Assembly: GCA_038040175.1 (NCBI GenBank)
Contig: JBBPIT010000005.1
Location: forward strand, 44,555-108,554
Direction: 5' to 3'
Source: Pseudomonadota bacterium
GTDB lineage: Bacteria; Pseudomonadota; Gammaproteobacteria; Burkholderiales; JACQAP01
Length of the DNA stretch: 64,000 nt
Part shown: one piece after another, positions 39,066 to 49,759 of the stretch
How the letters are laid out: each line of letters starts with the position of its first letter
Position numbering within the stretch: position 1 is the stretch's first letter
Notes under the pieces: model-generated
What the model saw: the letters and a program-made list of their open reading frames with translations, nothing else
Databases searched by the model: none
What the model was told of the DNA's origin: nothing
Made by a program: the position numbers and the translations under genes

Positions 39066-40328
39066 ATGAACCCGGTCATTACCAAACGCCGCATCATCTT
39101 CTGGGCCGCGGCCGTGCTGTTTTTCGCGCTTCTGCCGTTCGTTTTCACCCAGAGCTTTGCGCTGTCCATGCTGTCGCAGATGGGCATCGCGATCATTTTC
39201 GCGCTGTCCTACAACATGCTGCTCGGCCAGACCGGGCTGCTGTCTTTCGGCCACGCCGTATATTTCGGCCTCGGCGCATTTTTCTGTGCGCACGCATTGA
39301 ACTTCGTCGGCGCCGGTAAATTCTGGTTCCCGGTGACGTTCATGCCGCTGGTGGGCGGGCTGGCGGGGATGTTTTCCGGCCTGGTGCTCGGCTTCGTCAC
39401 CACGCGCCGCGCGGGCACGCCGTTCGCGATGATCTCGCTCGGCATCGCCGAGATGGTGGCGGCGAGTGCGCTCATGTTCACCGGATTCTTCGGCGGGGAG
39501 GGCGGCATCGCCACCGACCGCACCGTTGGCGGTGCGGTGATGGGCATCAGCTATGGCCCGCAGATCCAGGTCTTTTACCTGATCGCCGGATGGTGCCTGG
39601 TCTGCATCATCGGGATGTTTGCGATCACGCAAACGCCGCTGGGGCGCATGGCCAACGCCGTGCGGGACAACCCCGAGCGGGCCAAGTTCGTCGGCTACAA
39701 CCCCACGCGGGTGCGCTGGCTGATGATGACGCTGGCCGGGTTCTTCGCCGGCGTGGGCGGCGGGCTGGCCGCGATCAACTACGAGATCGTCACCGCGGAG
39801 ACGCTGGGCGTGATGGCCTCGGGCAACGTGGTATTGATGGCATTCATCGGCGGCATCGGCCACTTCTGGGGGCCGATCATCGGCGCGGTGCTGGTGACGC
39901 TGCTGCAATCCGCGCTTTCCAATTACACCCAGGCCTGGCTGCTCTACTTCGGACTGTTCTTCCTGGGGATCATCATGTTCTCCCCGGGAGGCATCGCCAA
40001 CCTGATCACGTTGCACAAACCGGTTTGGCAGGCGCGGCGGTTCAAGCGTCTGTTGCCCGCGTATTCGCTGTCGGGCGGCGCCGGACTGGTGATGTTGCTG
40101 GGATTCTTCGCCCTGATCGAGATGATTTATCACTTCGAGGCCAAAGAGGCCGCGAACAAGGCGTTCTCGTTTTTCGGCGTCACTCTCGATCCCACTCAGG
40201 CCACGTTCTGGATCGGCACGCTGGTCGTACTTGCGGCCGGCAGCGCCATGTTCTACGGAACGACGCGAGTGGTGAAGCGCGCCTGGGACGACATTACCGC
40301 CGAACTGCAGATGAAGGGGATGGTATGA
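39066..40328 (+). CDS. LivM-type ABC permease
   Basis: GQTGLLSFGHA, FAMISL, GGEGG, AVRDNPERA, GPIIGA. Confidence 0.92.
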   Translation: MNPVITKRRIIFWAAAVLFFALLPFVFTQSFALSMLSQMGIAIIFALSYNMLLGQTGLLSFGHAVYFGLGAFFCAHALNFVGAGKFWFPVTFMPLVGGLAGMFSGLVLGFVTTRRAGTPFAMISLGIAEMVAASALMFTGFFGGEGGIATDRTVGGAVMGISYGPQIQVFYLIAGWCLVCIIGMFAITQTPLGRMANAVRDNPERAKFVGYNPTRVRWLMMTLAGFFAGVGGGLAAINYEIVTAETLGVMASGNVVLMAFIGGIGHFWGPIIGAVLVTLLQSALSNYTQAWLLYFGLFFLGIIMFSPGGIANLITLHKPVWQARRFKRLLPAYSLSGGAGLVMLLGFFALIEMIYHFEAKEAANKAFSFFGVTLDPTQATFWIGTLVVLAAGSAMFYGTTRVVKRAWDDITAELQMKGMV

Positions 40329-41077
40329 CCAGCCCGGCACTGCAACTGAGCGACGTACGCAAGAGCTTCGGGCGTACCTCGATCATCAACGGGGTGAACC
40401 TGGCGATCGCCAGGGGCGAACGCCACGCCATCATCGGCCCGAACGGCGCCGGCAAATCCACGCTCTTCAATTTGATCAGCGGCCGTTTTCCAGTCAGTTC
40501 GGGTCGGGTCGACCTGCACGGCGAGGACATCACCGGGATTGAGCCGCACCTGATCAACCGCAAGGGACTGTCGCGCAGCTTCCAGATCACCAACATTTTC
40601 CCGCGCCTGTCGGTATATGAAAACCTGCGCTGCGCGGTGCTGTGGTCGCTGGGGTACAAGTACTCGTTCTGGCACCGCATCGGCGCGCTCAAGCAAGTGC
40701 GCGGCCGGACGGACGAGATCGTCGAGCGCATCGGCATGGCAACGCGCCGCGACCGGCCGGCCGGCGTGCTGACCTACGCCGAGCAGCGGGCGCTGGAGAT
40801 CGGCGTCACCATTGCGGGCGGAGCCGACGTGATCCTGCTGGACGAGCCGACCGCGGGAATGAGCCGCAGCGAAACCGACGACGCGGTGGAATTGATCCGC
40901 AACGTGACCGAGGGCAAGACCCTGGTGATGGTGGAGCACGACATGAGCGTGGTATTCAACCTCGCCGACCGCATTTCGGTGCTGGTCTATGGCGAGGTGA
41001 TCGCCAGCGGGACGCCGCAGGAAATCCGCGGCAACAAAGCCGTTCAGGAAGCCTATCTCGGCACGGAGCAGCACTGA
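40325..41077 (+). CDS. LivG-type ABC ATP-binding protein
   Basis: GPNGAGKST, RSFQ, LLDEPTAG, VEHDM, VQEAYLG. Confidence 0.93.
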   Translation: MTSPALQLSDVRKSFGRTSIINGVNLAIARGERHAIIGPNGAGKSTLFNLISGRFPVSSGRVDLHGEDITGIEPHLINRKGLSRSFQITNIFPRLSVYENLRCAVLWSLGYKYSFWHRIGALKQVRGRTDEIVERIGMATRRDRPAGVLTYAEQRALEIGVTIAGGADVILLDEPTAGMSRSETDDAVELIRNVTEGKTLVMVEHDMSVVFNLADRISVLVYGEVIASGTPQEIRGNKAVQEAYLGTEQH

Positions 41078-41772
41078 TGCTCGAAGTCAAAGACCTGCAC
41101 GCGTACTACGGCAAGAGCCACATCCTGCACGGGGTGCATTTGAACGTGCGCCAGGGCGAGATCGTCAGCCTGCTGGGGCGCAACGGCGTGGGACGCTCGA
41201 CCACCATCAAGTCGATCATGGGACAGGTTGAATCGACCGGTTCGGTCAAGTTCAAAGGCGAGGAGATCAACGGCCTGAAGACTTATATGATCGCGCGCAA
41301 GGGCCTGGGTTACGTGCCGGAGAATCGCGAAATCTTTCCGTCGCTCACCCTCAGGCAGAACCTGATGCTGGGAATGAAGAATGCGCGCCGCAGCGGCCGC
41401 TGGAGCGTCGACGACATGTTCAAGCTGTTCCCGGTGCTGCGCGAACGCACCGATGCGCTCGCAGGCGTGATGTCGGGCGGCGAGCAGCAGATGCTCACGC
41501 TGTGCCGCACGCTGATGGGCGATCCGGACCTGGTGATGATCGACGAGCCGACCGAAGGCCTGGCGCCGAAGATCGTCGAGCTGGTGGCACGCCTTTTCGA
41601 GGAAATCAAGAACCGCGGCGTGTCCATCCTGCTGGTCGAGCAGAAGCTCACGATCGCGCTCAAGATCTCGCAGCGGCTCTACGTAATGGGGCACGGCCGG
41701 ATCGTGTTCGAGGGCACGCCCGAAGATCTCAGGGCAAACGAGGCCATCCGCAAGGAATGGCTGGAGGTATAA
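41077..41772 (+). CDS. LivF-type ABC ATP-binding protein
   Basis: GRNGVGRST, SGGEQQML, DEPTEGLAP, LVEQ. Confidence 0.93.
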   Translation: MLEVKDLHAYYGKSHILHGVHLNVRQGEIVSLLGRNGVGRSTTIKSIMGQVESTGSVKFKGEEINGLKTYMIARKGLGYVPENREIFPSLTLRQNLMLGMKNARRSGRWSVDDMFKLFPVLRERTDALAGVMSGGEQQMLTLCRTLMGDPDLVMIDEPTEGLAPKIVELVARLFEEIKNRGVSILLVEQKLTIALKISQRLYVMGHGRIVFEGTPEDLRANEAIRKEWLEV

Positions 41773-41797
41773 CTTACTCTGTGGCTGAAAGGGTCTT

Positions 41798-43894
41798 ATG
41801 TCTTTAGTCGAGTACCAGAAGCAGGGCAGCGTCGGCGTTATCACGCTGAACAATCCGCCGGTCAACGCGCTGTCGGTGAACAAGGGCGTGGTGCAGGGCA
41901 TCCTCGATGGGCTCAAGGAGGGCGACCACGATCCGCACGTGCGTGCGTTCGTGATCATCGGCGCGGGCCGCAACTTCTCCGGCGGGGCGGACATCAGCGA
42001 GTTCGGAGGCGGCTACGACCCCGGCAAGGCCAAGCTGCCCGACGTGCTCGCCTACATGGACACGGTGACCAAGCCGATCGTGGCGGCCATTCATGGCCCG
42101 ACCATGGGCGGCGGCCTCGAGCTTGCGCTCGCCTGCCATTACCGCGCCGCGCTTCCCGGAGCGCAGATCGCGCTGCCCGAGGTCAAGCTCGGCATCCTGC
42201 CGGGCGCGGGCGGCACCCAACGCCTGCCGCGGCTGATCGGTGCCGAGAAGGCGCTCGACCTGATGATCGCCGGCGAATCGATTTCCACCGAGAAGGCCAA
42301 GGAACTGGGCGTGGTGGACGAGGTCGTCTCCGGCGACCTGCGCGCCGCGGCGCTTACATTCACCAACCGCCTCGTCAGGGAGGGCAAGGGCGTCCGGCGC
42401 GCCAGCCAGCTCTCGGTGGCGCTCGACCGGCCGGCTGCGGAGTTCTTCGAGCAGGCGCGTAAGCGCGTAGCCAAGGACTGGCGCGGCTATCCCGCGCCGC
42501 TGGCGATCGTTGCCTGCGTCGAAGCCGCCGTCAACCAGCCTTTTGCCAAGGGAATTGCATTCGAACGCCAGCAGTTCGAGAAACTGGTCAAGACCGACGA
42601 GTCGCGCGCGCTGCGGCACCTGTTCTTTGCCGAGCGCCAGGTAGCCAAGATTCCCGATGTGCCCGAGGACACGCCGGCGCGCGAGATCAAGTCCGCTGCG
42701 CTGATCGGTGCCGGCACGATGGGCGGCGGCATCGCGATGAACTTCGCCAATGCCGGCATTCCGGTGAAGGTGCTGGAGGTGAACCAGGAGGCGCTGGACA
42801 AGGGCCTGGCCATCGTGCGCAAGAATTACGCCGCAACCGTGTCCAAGGGCCGGTTGAGCCAGGAAGCCATGGACAAGCGCATGGGCCTGTTCAAGGGTGT
42901 GACCCGCTACGAAGACATCAAGGATGCCGACATCGTGATCGAAGCCGTGTTCGAGGACATGGCGGTCAAGAAGCAGGTGTTCGAGAAGCTCGACAAGGCC
43001 GCCAAGCCGGGTGCCATCCTCGCCACCAATACTTCGACGCTGGACGTCAACGAGATCGCTGCCGTGACAACGCGGCCGCAGGACGTGCTGGGGCTGCATT
43101 TCTTCAGTCCGGCCAACGTGATGAAGCTGCTCGAAGTGGTGCGCGCCGCGAAGACTTCGAAGGAAACGCTGGCAACGGCGATGAAACTTTCCAAGGCCAT
43201 CAAGAAGGTCGGCGTGGTGGCCGGCGTCTGCGACGGTTTCATCGGCAACCGCATGCTGCACGGCTACTTCCGCGAAGCCGGCTTCCTGCTCGAGGAAGGC
43301 GCATTGCCGCAGCAGGTGGACAAGGTGATCGAGGATTTCGGCTTCGCCATGGGCCCGTTCCGCGTCGGCGACCTCGCCGGGCTCGATGTGGGCTGGTACA
43401 TCCGCAAGCGCCAGGCCGCGACGCGGCCGCCGCACGTGCGCTATTCGAAGGTGGCGGACCAGATTTGCGAACTCGGGCGCTTCGGACAGAAAACCGGCGC
43501 AGGCTGGTACCGCTACGAGCCCGGCAATCGCACGCCGATTCCCGATCCCGCAGTCGAGGCGCTGATCGTGAAGGCCTCGAAGGAGGCGGGCATCAAGCGC
43601 CGCGAGATTTCCGGCCAGGAGATCCTCGAGCGCTGCATCTACGCGCTGGTCAACGAGGGCGCCAAAATCCTGGAAGAGGGCATCGCGCTGCGGGCGTCGG
43701 ACATCGACATCGTCTACATCTATGGTTACGGCTTTCCGCGCTATCGCGGCGGCCCGATGTTCCATGCCGACACCGTCGGCCTGGACAAGGTGTACGAAGC
43801 GGTGCAGCGCTATCATTCCGCCCATGGCGAATTCTGGAAGCCGGCGCCGCTGCTCGCGAAGCTCGCCGCCAAGGGAAAGAAGTTCAATCAATAG
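41798..43894 (+). CDS. Enoyl-CoA hydratase / 3-hydroxyacyl-CoA dehydrogenase
   Basis: GGGLELA, PEVKLGILPGAGGTQRL, GAGTMGGGIA, NTSTL, HFFSPA, GFIGNR. Confidence 0.94.
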   Translation: MSLVEYQKQGSVGVITLNNPPVNALSVNKGVVQGILDGLKEGDHDPHVRAFVIIGAGRNFSGGADISEFGGGYDPGKAKLPDVLAYMDTVTKPIVAAIHGPTMGGGLELALACHYRAALPGAQIALPEVKLGILPGAGGTQRLPRLIGAEKALDLMIAGESISTEKAKELGVVDEVVSGDLRAAALTFTNRLVREGKGVRRASQLSVALDRPAAEFFEQARKRVAKDWRGYPAPLAIVACVEAAVNQPFAKGIAFERQQFEKLVKTDESRALRHLFFAERQVAKIPDVPEDTPAREIKSAALIGAGTMGGGIAMNFANAGIPVKVLEVNQEALDKGLAIVRKNYAATVSKGRLSQEAMDKRMGLFKGVTRYEDIKDADIVIEAVFEDMAVKKQVFEKLDKAAKPGAILATNTSTLDVNEIAAVTTRPQDVLGLHFFSPANVMKLLEVVRAAKTSKETLATAMKLSKAIKKVGVVAGVCDGFIGNRMLHGYFREAGFLLEEGALPQQVDKVIEDFGFAMGPFRVGDLAGLDVGWYIRKRQAATRPPHVRYSKVADQICELGRFGQKTGAGWYRYEPGNRTPIPDPAVEALIVKASKEAGIKRREISGQEILERCIYALVNEGAKILEEGIALRASDIDIVYIYGYGFPRYRGGPMFHADTVGLDKVYEAVQRYHSAHGEFWKPAPLLAKLAAKGKKFNQ

Positions 43895-43901
43895 GAAGAA
43901 C

Positions 43902-44014
43902 GTGAAGGAGTGAATGTGTGAAGGCGTGAAGGGGGAAGGGGAAAGGGTGAAGGGTGAAAGCCTTACTGCCTTAAACGCCCTTACCCTTCACCCTTCCCCC
44001 TTCACGCCTTCACG
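43902..44014. repeat. Inverted short-unit repeat element (GTGAAGG / CCTTCAC)
   Basis: Tandem GTGAAGG-like units followed by complementary CCTTCAC-like units in an intra-operon spacer. Confidence 0.8.
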
Positions 44015-44032
44015 CACTCCAAAGGAGTCATC

Positions 44033-45208
44033 ATGGACGCAGTGATCGTATCTACCGCGCGCACGCCGCTATGCAAGAGCTGGAAGGGCGCGCTCAACAT
44101 GACCCACGGCGCCACCATGGGCGGGCACGTGGTGAAGGCCGCGCTGGAACGCGCGAAGCTCGATCCCGCCGAAGTCGAGGACGTGATCATGGGCTGCGCC
44201 ACCCCGGAAGGCGCGACCGGTCAGAACATCGCCCGGCAGATTGCGATCCGTGCCGGGATGCCGGTCACGGTCTCGGGCATGACGGTCAACCGCTTTTGCT
44301 CCTCGGGACTGCAGACGGTGGCGCTGGCGGCACAGCGGATTCTCACCGGCGAGGCGGAGATTTTCGTCGCCGGCGGCGTCGAATCGATCTCCTGCGTGCA
44401 GAACGAAATGAACAAGCACATGCTCGCCGATTCCTGGCTGACGCAAAACAAGCCCGAGATCTACTGGCCGATGCTGGCCACCGCGGAGAACGTCGCGAAG
44501 CGCTATAAGATCAGCCGCGAGCCGCAGGACCGTTACGGCGTCGACAGCCAGCTGAAAGCTGCCAAGGCGCGCGCCGAGGGCAAGTTCAAGGACGAAATCG
44601 TGCCGATCTCCACGCGGATGAAGGTCGTCGACAAGAACACCGGCCAGGAGTCGGTCAAGGAAGTCACCGCTGCCGAGGACGAAGGCATCCGGCCCGACAC
44701 CAACTACCAGGGCGTGTCGCAGATCAAGCCGGCGATCGAGGGCGGAGTCATCGCCGCGGGCAATGCCAGCCAGTTTTCCGACGGCGCGTCGGCGCAGGTC
44801 CTGATGAGCGACCGGATGGCGGCCTGGAAAGGCCTCAAGCCGATAGGCATTTTCCGCGGCTTCGCGGTTGCCGGCTGCGAGCCCGGCGAGATGGGTATCG
44901 GTCCGGTATTCGCCGTTCCCAAGCTCCTGAAACAGACCGGGAAGAAAATCGAGGACATCGGCCTGTGGGAATTGAATGAGGCGTTCGCGGTGCAGGTCAT
45001 CTACTGTCGCGACAAGCTCGGCATCCCCAACGACCGGCTCAACGTCGACGGCGGCTCGATCGCAGTCGGACATCCGTACGGCGTGACCGGCAGCCGTCTT
45101 GTCGGTCACGCGCTGATCGAGGGCAAGCGCCGCGGCATCAAGTATGTCGTGGTGACCATGTGTATTGGCGGCGGCATGGGCGCCGCCGGATTGTTCGAAG
45201 TGGTCTAA
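44033..45208 (+). CDS. Acetyl-CoA C-acyltransferase (thiolase)
   Basis: [25 protein letters not shown]. Confidence 0.95.
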   Translation: MDAVIVSTARTPLCKSWKGALNMTHGATMGGHVVKAALERAKLDPAEVEDVIMGCATPEGATGQNIARQIAIRAGMPVTVSGMTVNRFCSSGLQTVALAAQRILTGEAEIFVAGGVESISCVQNEMNKHMLADSWLTQNKPEIYWPMLATAENVAKRYKISREPQDRYGVDSQLKAAKARAEGKFKDEIVPISTRMKVVDKNTGQESVKEVTAAEDEGIRPDTNYQGVSQIKPAIEGGVIAAGNASQFSDGASAQVLMSDRMAAWKGLKPIGIFRGFAVAGCEPGEMGIGPVFAVPKLLKQTGKKIEDIGLWELNEAFAVQVIYCRDKLGIPNDRLNVDGGSIAVGHPYGVTGSRLVGHALIEGKRRGIKYVVVTMCIGGGMGAAGLFEVV

Positions 45209-45375
45209 GACAGCCAGATCAAGTTCTTTACAAGAAGAGTAGAACACAAGGTCGGGGCGGCCATCGTCCTTGCACGCGAGATACGCACCGTATTCATATA
45301 GGTCATTCCCTTTTTTTGGTTTTCCATTGCGTACCTTTGCGGCCTTTGCGTTGAAAATTTTTCTGGGGTCTATGT

Positions 45376-46152
45376 ATGAACGTGAAGAAACTGTTTGACC
45401 TGAGCGGCAAGACTGCGCTGATAACCGGCGGGTCTCGCGGACTGGGATTGCAAATTGCCGAAGCCCTCGGCGAGATGGGTGCCAAAGTGGCGATCACCGC
45501 CCGCAAGGCTGGCGAGCTGGCGGAGGCGAAGGCGCATCTCAAGGGCCTGGGCGTGGAGGTGCTGACCGTCGTCAACGACCTGCAGGACACCGCATCGGTT
45601 CAGCCGATGGTCGAACAGGTGCTGAAGAGTCATGGCCAGATCGACATTCTGGTGAACAACGCGGGCGCAGCCTGGGGCGCGCCGGCCGAGGATCATCCGC
45701 TGGACGCCTGGTACAAGGTGATCAATCTGAATCTGACCGCGGTGTTCCTGGTGAGCCAGGCCGTCGGCAGGCTCAGCATGATTCCGCGCAAGTACGGCCG
45801 GATCATCAACCTCGCCTCCATCGCCGGCCTGGTGGGTACCGATCCGCGCATGATGCCGACCATCGCCTACAACGCGAGCAAAGGCGGCGTGGTCAATTTC
45901 ACGCGGTCCCTGGCGGTGGAATGGGCGCATTACGGGATCACGGTGAACGCCATCGCGCCGGGCGTATTCCCGTCGAAGATGTCGCAGGGGATGATCGACA
46001 AGGCCGAGCAGGTCATCATGGAAATCACGCCGATGAAAAGGCTGGGCACGAATTACGATCTGAAGGGCCTGGCGGTGTTGCTGGCGTCCGATGCGTCCGC
46101 TTACATTACCGGCCAGATCGTCGCCGTCGATGGCGGACTGGTCGCGATGTAA
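45376..46152 (+). CDS. SDR oxidoreductase (gluconate 5-dehydrogenase-like)
   Basis: TGGSRGLG, NNAG, YNASK, NAIAPG. Confidence 0.9.
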   Translation: MNVKKLFDLSGKTALITGGSRGLGLQIAEALGEMGAKVAITARKAGELAEAKAHLKGLGVEVLTVVNDLQDTASVQPMVEQVLKSHGQIDILVNNAGAAWGAPAEDHPLDAWYKVINLNLTAVFLVSQAVGRLSMIPRKYGRIINLASIAGLVGTDPRMMPTIAYNASKGGVVNFTRSLAVEWAHYGITVNAIAPGVFPSKMSQGMIDKAEQVIMEITPMKRLGTNYDLKGLAVLLASDASAYITGQIVAVDGGLVAM

Positions 46153-46156
46153 CGCC

Positions 46157-46558
46157 ATGACAAAGGCGGCGACAGGCTTCGACATCCATGTGCCCTTCGT
46201 GGAGCACCTGGGCCTGCAGCTTCTCGAGAAGCGCAACGGCGTGGTTCGCATGCGGCTCCATCCACGGCCGGAGTTCGCGAACAGTTGGGGTTCGGTGCAT
46301 GGCGGCGCGCTGATGACGCTGCTCGACGTGGCGCTGGCGAGCGCGGGACGCTCGCTCGACGAGCGTTGCAACGGCGCGCTCACCGTAGAGATCAAAGTAA
46401 ACTTCATTGCTGCCGCGGGCGGGCCGGTGCTCGCCGAAGGCCGCGCCCAGCATGCCGGCCGTTCGCTGATTTTTTCCGAGGGCGAACTGCGCAGCGAAGA
46501 CGGTACCCTGCTGGCAAAGGCGACCGGCACGTTCAAACTGCTGTACCCAAAGGAATAG
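46157..46558 (+). CDS. PaaI-family thioesterase
   Basis: NSWGSVHGGALMTLLD hot-dog motif. Confidence 0.9.
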   Translation: MTKAATGFDIHVPFVEHLGLQLLEKRNGVVRMRLHPRPEFANSWGSVHGGALMTLLDVALASAGRSLDERCNGALTVEIKVNFIAAAGGPVLAEGRAQHAGRSLIFSEGELRSEDGTLLAKATGTFKLLYPKE

Positions 46559-46560
46559 AC

Positions 46561-47541
46561 ATGCCGCTCGATCCGCAGATCGAATTCGTCATCGGCCTGG
46601 TGAAGAAGGCCAATGCCCCTGAGTTCTGGCAGCTCACGCCCGATCAGGCGCGCGAGCAATACCTGCTGCGCGTAGCCAAGCTGGCAGTGAAAGAACCGAT
46701 TTTCAGGACCGAGGACCGGCGCATTCCCGGTCCCGGCAGTCACATCCCGATCCGCATCTACTCGCCGCGCGAGATCAAGCCCGGCGAAAAACTGCCGGTG
46801 CTGCTGTGGTTCCACGGCGGCGGCTTCGTCATCGGCTCGCTCGACACCCACGATTCCGCATGCCGGATGCTGGCCAACCAGGCCGACTGCATCGTGGTCT
46901 CGGTGGACTACCGGCTCGCGCCCGAGTACAAGTTTCCCGCGGCGGTGGAGGATTGCGAAGCGGCGTTGAAATGGCTGGCGCTGCACGCGGTGGAGTTCGG
47001 CGCGGATCCGCAAGCCATCGCGGTAGGCGGGGACAGCGCGGGGGCGAACCTGGCGACGGTGGTGGCCATTCTGGCGCGTGATGCCGGCCACCCGACGCTC
47101 GCGTTCCAGTTGCTGATCTATCCCTGCGCAGCGCCGGAACCGGAGACGCCTTCGCACTACAAGTTTGCCGAGGGCTATGTGTTGAGCCGCAACACCGTCA
47201 CCTGGTTTTTCAAGCATTACCAGCGCAGTCGGGCGGACTCGAACGATTTCCGCTTCGCGCCGCTGGTCGCCGACGACCTCGCGAATCTGCCGCCGGCGCT
47301 GGTGCTGGTGGCAGGCTACGATCCGCTGCGCGACGAGGGCGTGGATTACGCGAAGCGGCTGATCGAGGCCGGAAATCGCGTGCGGCTTGTCAATTACGAG
47401 GGCATGATCCACGGCTTCTACCTGATGGGCGGCGCAGTGGACGCGGCGAAGCGCGCCGTCGCGGAATCGGCGCAAGCGCTGCGCGAAGCGTTTGCGGGCA
47501 CGCGCGCAGTGGAGAAGAAGGACTCGGCGTTCGCGAAATAA
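46561..47541 (+). CDS. Alpha/beta hydrolase (HSL-family esterase)
   Basis: HGGGF, GDSAG, DPLRDE, HGF. Confidence 0.93.
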   Translation: MPLDPQIEFVIGLVKKANAPEFWQLTPDQAREQYLLRVAKLAVKEPIFRTEDRRIPGPGSHIPIRIYSPREIKPGEKLPVLLWFHGGGFVIGSLDTHDSACRMLANQADCIVVSVDYRLAPEYKFPAAVEDCEAALKWLALHAVEFGADPQAIAVGGDSAGANLATVVAILARDAGHPTLAFQLLIYPCAAPEPETPSHYKFAEGYVLSRNTVTWFFKHYQRSRADSNDFRFAPLVADDLANLPPALVLVAGYDPLRDEGVDYAKRLIEAGNRVRLVNYEGMIHGFYLMGGAVDAAKRAVAESAQALREAFAGTRAVEKKDSAFAK

Positions 47542-47552
47542 GAGGAGGCGCA

Positions 47553-48317
47553 ATGATATCGCTCACGGGAAAAGTGGCCTGGATTACGGGCGCCGGAACG
47601 GGGATCGGATTGGCCGGCGCCAAGGCGCTGGCGGAGGCGGGTGCGACGGTGGTGATGTCGGGACGCCGCAAGGAAGTGCTGGCGCTGGAGGCGGAGAAGA
47701 TCCGCATCAAGGGCGGCAAGTCCGAAGTCGAGGCGCTGGATGTCTCGGACGCGAAGGCGGTGAAGAAAACGGCAGCCGCAATCCTCAGCCGCCACGCCCG
47801 CGTGGACATTCTCGTCAACAGCGCGGGTTTGAACGTGCCGAATCGCTACTGGAAGAACCAGACCATCGAGGGCTGGAAGGAAGTGATCGGCATCAACCTG
47901 GACGGTTCGTTCTACACGACGCATGCGGTGCTGCCGTCGATGCGCGCCAAGAAAGACGGCCTGATCATCAACGTGTCTTCCTGGGCCGGCGTGTACCACC
48001 CGAAGCTGACCGGGGCTGCATACAACGCCAGCAAGCACGCTGTCACGGCGATGACCGAGACCATCAACATGGAGGAGTGCGCGAACGGCATCCGCGCCTG
48101 CGCAATCTGCCCGGCGGAAGTGGCGACGCCGATCATGGACCGGCGCCCGGTTCCGCCGAGCGCAGAAGACCGCGCGCGCATGCTCCAGCCCGAAGACCTC
48201 GGCAACACCATCCGCTTCATTGCCCAGATGCCGCCGCACGTGTGCGTCAATCAGGTGATCATCAGCCCGACATGGAACCGGCTCTACATCGGTGGTGAAG
48301 ACATCAAGAAGTCCTAG
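47553..48317 (+). CDS. SDR oxidoreductase
   Basis: TGAGTGIG, NSAG, YNASK, CPAEVATPI. Confidence 0.9.
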   Translation: MISLTGKVAWITGAGTGIGLAGAKALAEAGATVVMSGRRKEVLALEAEKIRIKGGKSEVEALDVSDAKAVKKTAAAILSRHARVDILVNSAGLNVPNRYWKNQTIEGWKEVIGINLDGSFYTTHAVLPSMRAKKDGLIINVSSWAGVYHPKLTGAAYNASKHAVTAMTETINMEECANGIRACAICPAEVATPIMDRRPVPPSAEDRARMLQPEDLGNTIRFIAQMPPHVCVNQVIISPTWNRLYIGGEDIKKS

Positions 48318-49609
48318 CGAGCCGAGAGGAAATCCACTGCCAGCGCCGCCAGCGAGCGCGCGCCTTGCAGCAGTCCTGATTCGTCGATGTAGAAGCGCGG
48401 CGAGTGGTTCGGCGCTGCGGCGGCCATGTCCTGGTCTTTCGGTGTAACGCCGACGAAATAGAACAGGCCCGGAATCTTTTCCTGGAAGTACGAGAAATCC
48501 TCGGCGATCATCACACGCTGGTTCATCCTCGATCCGCCCTCGCCGCCGATGCGCTTCAGCGTCGGAATCATCTTTTCGGTGAGCGCGGGATCGTTGACCG
48601 TAACCGGCGCCGCTTTTTCCACTTTCACGTCGGCGTGCGCATGGTTGGCTTCCGCGATCGACTCCGCGATGTGTTTGATCCGTGCATGGACGTCCCGGCG
48701 CATGCCCTCGTCGAAAGTGCGGATCGTGCCGGTCATCTCGACCTGGTCGGGAATGATGTTCTTGCGTGTGCCGCCGTGAATGGTCGCCACCGTAACGACC
48801 ACCGGTTCCTTGGAGACGTCGATCTGCCGCGCCACGATGTTCTGCAGTCCGGTGATGATCTGGGCGGAGGTCACCACCGGGTCGATCCCCGACCACGGCC
48901 ACGCACCGTGGGTCTGCTTGCCTTTCACGGTGATGTAGAGCCAGTCTGCGCTCGCCATGAACGGGCCGGAGCGATAGGTGATCATGCCCGCAGGTATCCC
49001 TGAAATGACGTGCAAGCCGAAAATGGCCGCCGGCTTGGGATTCTCCAGTACGCCTTCGGCAACCATCAGCGGCGCGCCGCCTGTTTCTCCGGGCGGCGGT
49101 CCTTCCTCCGCGGGCTGGAAAATGAACTTGACCGTCCCCGGAATCTGATCGCGCACGCCCGCCAACGCCTCGGCTACGCCCAGCAGGATGGCCACGTGCG
49201 CGTCGTGTCCGCAGGCGTGCATGACGCCGACCTGCTGGCCGAGATACTCCGTTTTCACCGTGGACTTGAACGCCAGGTCCGATTCCTCGGTCACCGGCAG
49301 CGCATCCATGTCGGCGCGCAGCGCCACCACCGGTCCTGGTTTGCCGCCCTTGAGCAGGCCGACCACGCCGGTTTTCGCCACGCCGGTTTTCACTTCGATG
49401 CCGAGCTTGCGCAGTTGATCCGCCACCAGCTTCGCCGTTTTCACCTCGCGATTGGCAAGTTCGGGGTTCTGGTGAATGTCGCGGCGCCAGGCGATGATCT
49501 CCGGTTCCAGTGCGCGAACCTTCTGATCGACGGTGGTGGCCAGATCCTGCGCCGGGGCGGGCATTGCGGGAATCAACAACAGCGGGGCGAGCAGGGCCAG
49601 ACAACGCAT
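48314..49609 (-). CDS. Exported M20-family amidohydrolase
   Basis: Signal peptide; HQNPEL, RADMDALP, HACGHD, FQPAEEG, AEDFS, NHSP. Confidence 0.92.
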   Translation of the reverse strand: MRCLALLAPLLLIPAMPAPAQDLATTVDQKVRALEPEIIAWRRDIHQNPELANREVKTAKLVADQLRKLGIEVKTGVAKTGVVGLLKGGKPGPVVALRADMDALPVTEESDLAFKSTVKTEYLGQQVGVMHACGHDAHVAILLGVAEALAGVRDQIPGTVKFIFQPAEEGPPPGETGGAPLMVAEGVLENPKPAAIFGLHVISGIPAGMITYRSGPFMASADWLYITVKGKQTHGAWPWSGIDPVVTSAQIITGLQNIVARQIDVSKEPVVVTVATIHGGTRKNIIPDQVEMTGTIRTFDEGMRRDVHARIKHIAESIAEANHAHADVKVEKAAPVTVNDPALTEKMIPTLKRIGGEGGSRMNQRVMIAEDFSYFQEKIPGLFYFVGVTPKDQDMAAAAPNHSPRFYIDESGLLQGARSLAALAVDFLSAR

Positions 49610-49759
49610 TGACGGACTCCTTCCAAATTCGATGTGTTTTTTTGAACGGGGTTGCAGGCGCAATGATACGGCGACTCGGCGCGAAGTGCTGGCAACTTCC
49701 CCGGTGCAACCCCATAATCGCTTCCCGAATCCATTCCCCGATATCCGCAAAGGCCAGCC

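Noticed and set aside
41804..43891. Long antisense ORFs (e.g. 695 aa here; also 8388-10457, 12140-13777, 34519-36270, 45370-47553)
   Set aside because: Shadow ORFs of high-GC coding genes with no recognisable motifs; the opposite strand carries clear families.
49610..49759. preQ1 riboswitch upstream of the VUT-family transporter
   Set aside because: No preQ1 consensus (AGAGGUUCUAG...CCCUC...AAAAAACUA) was found.
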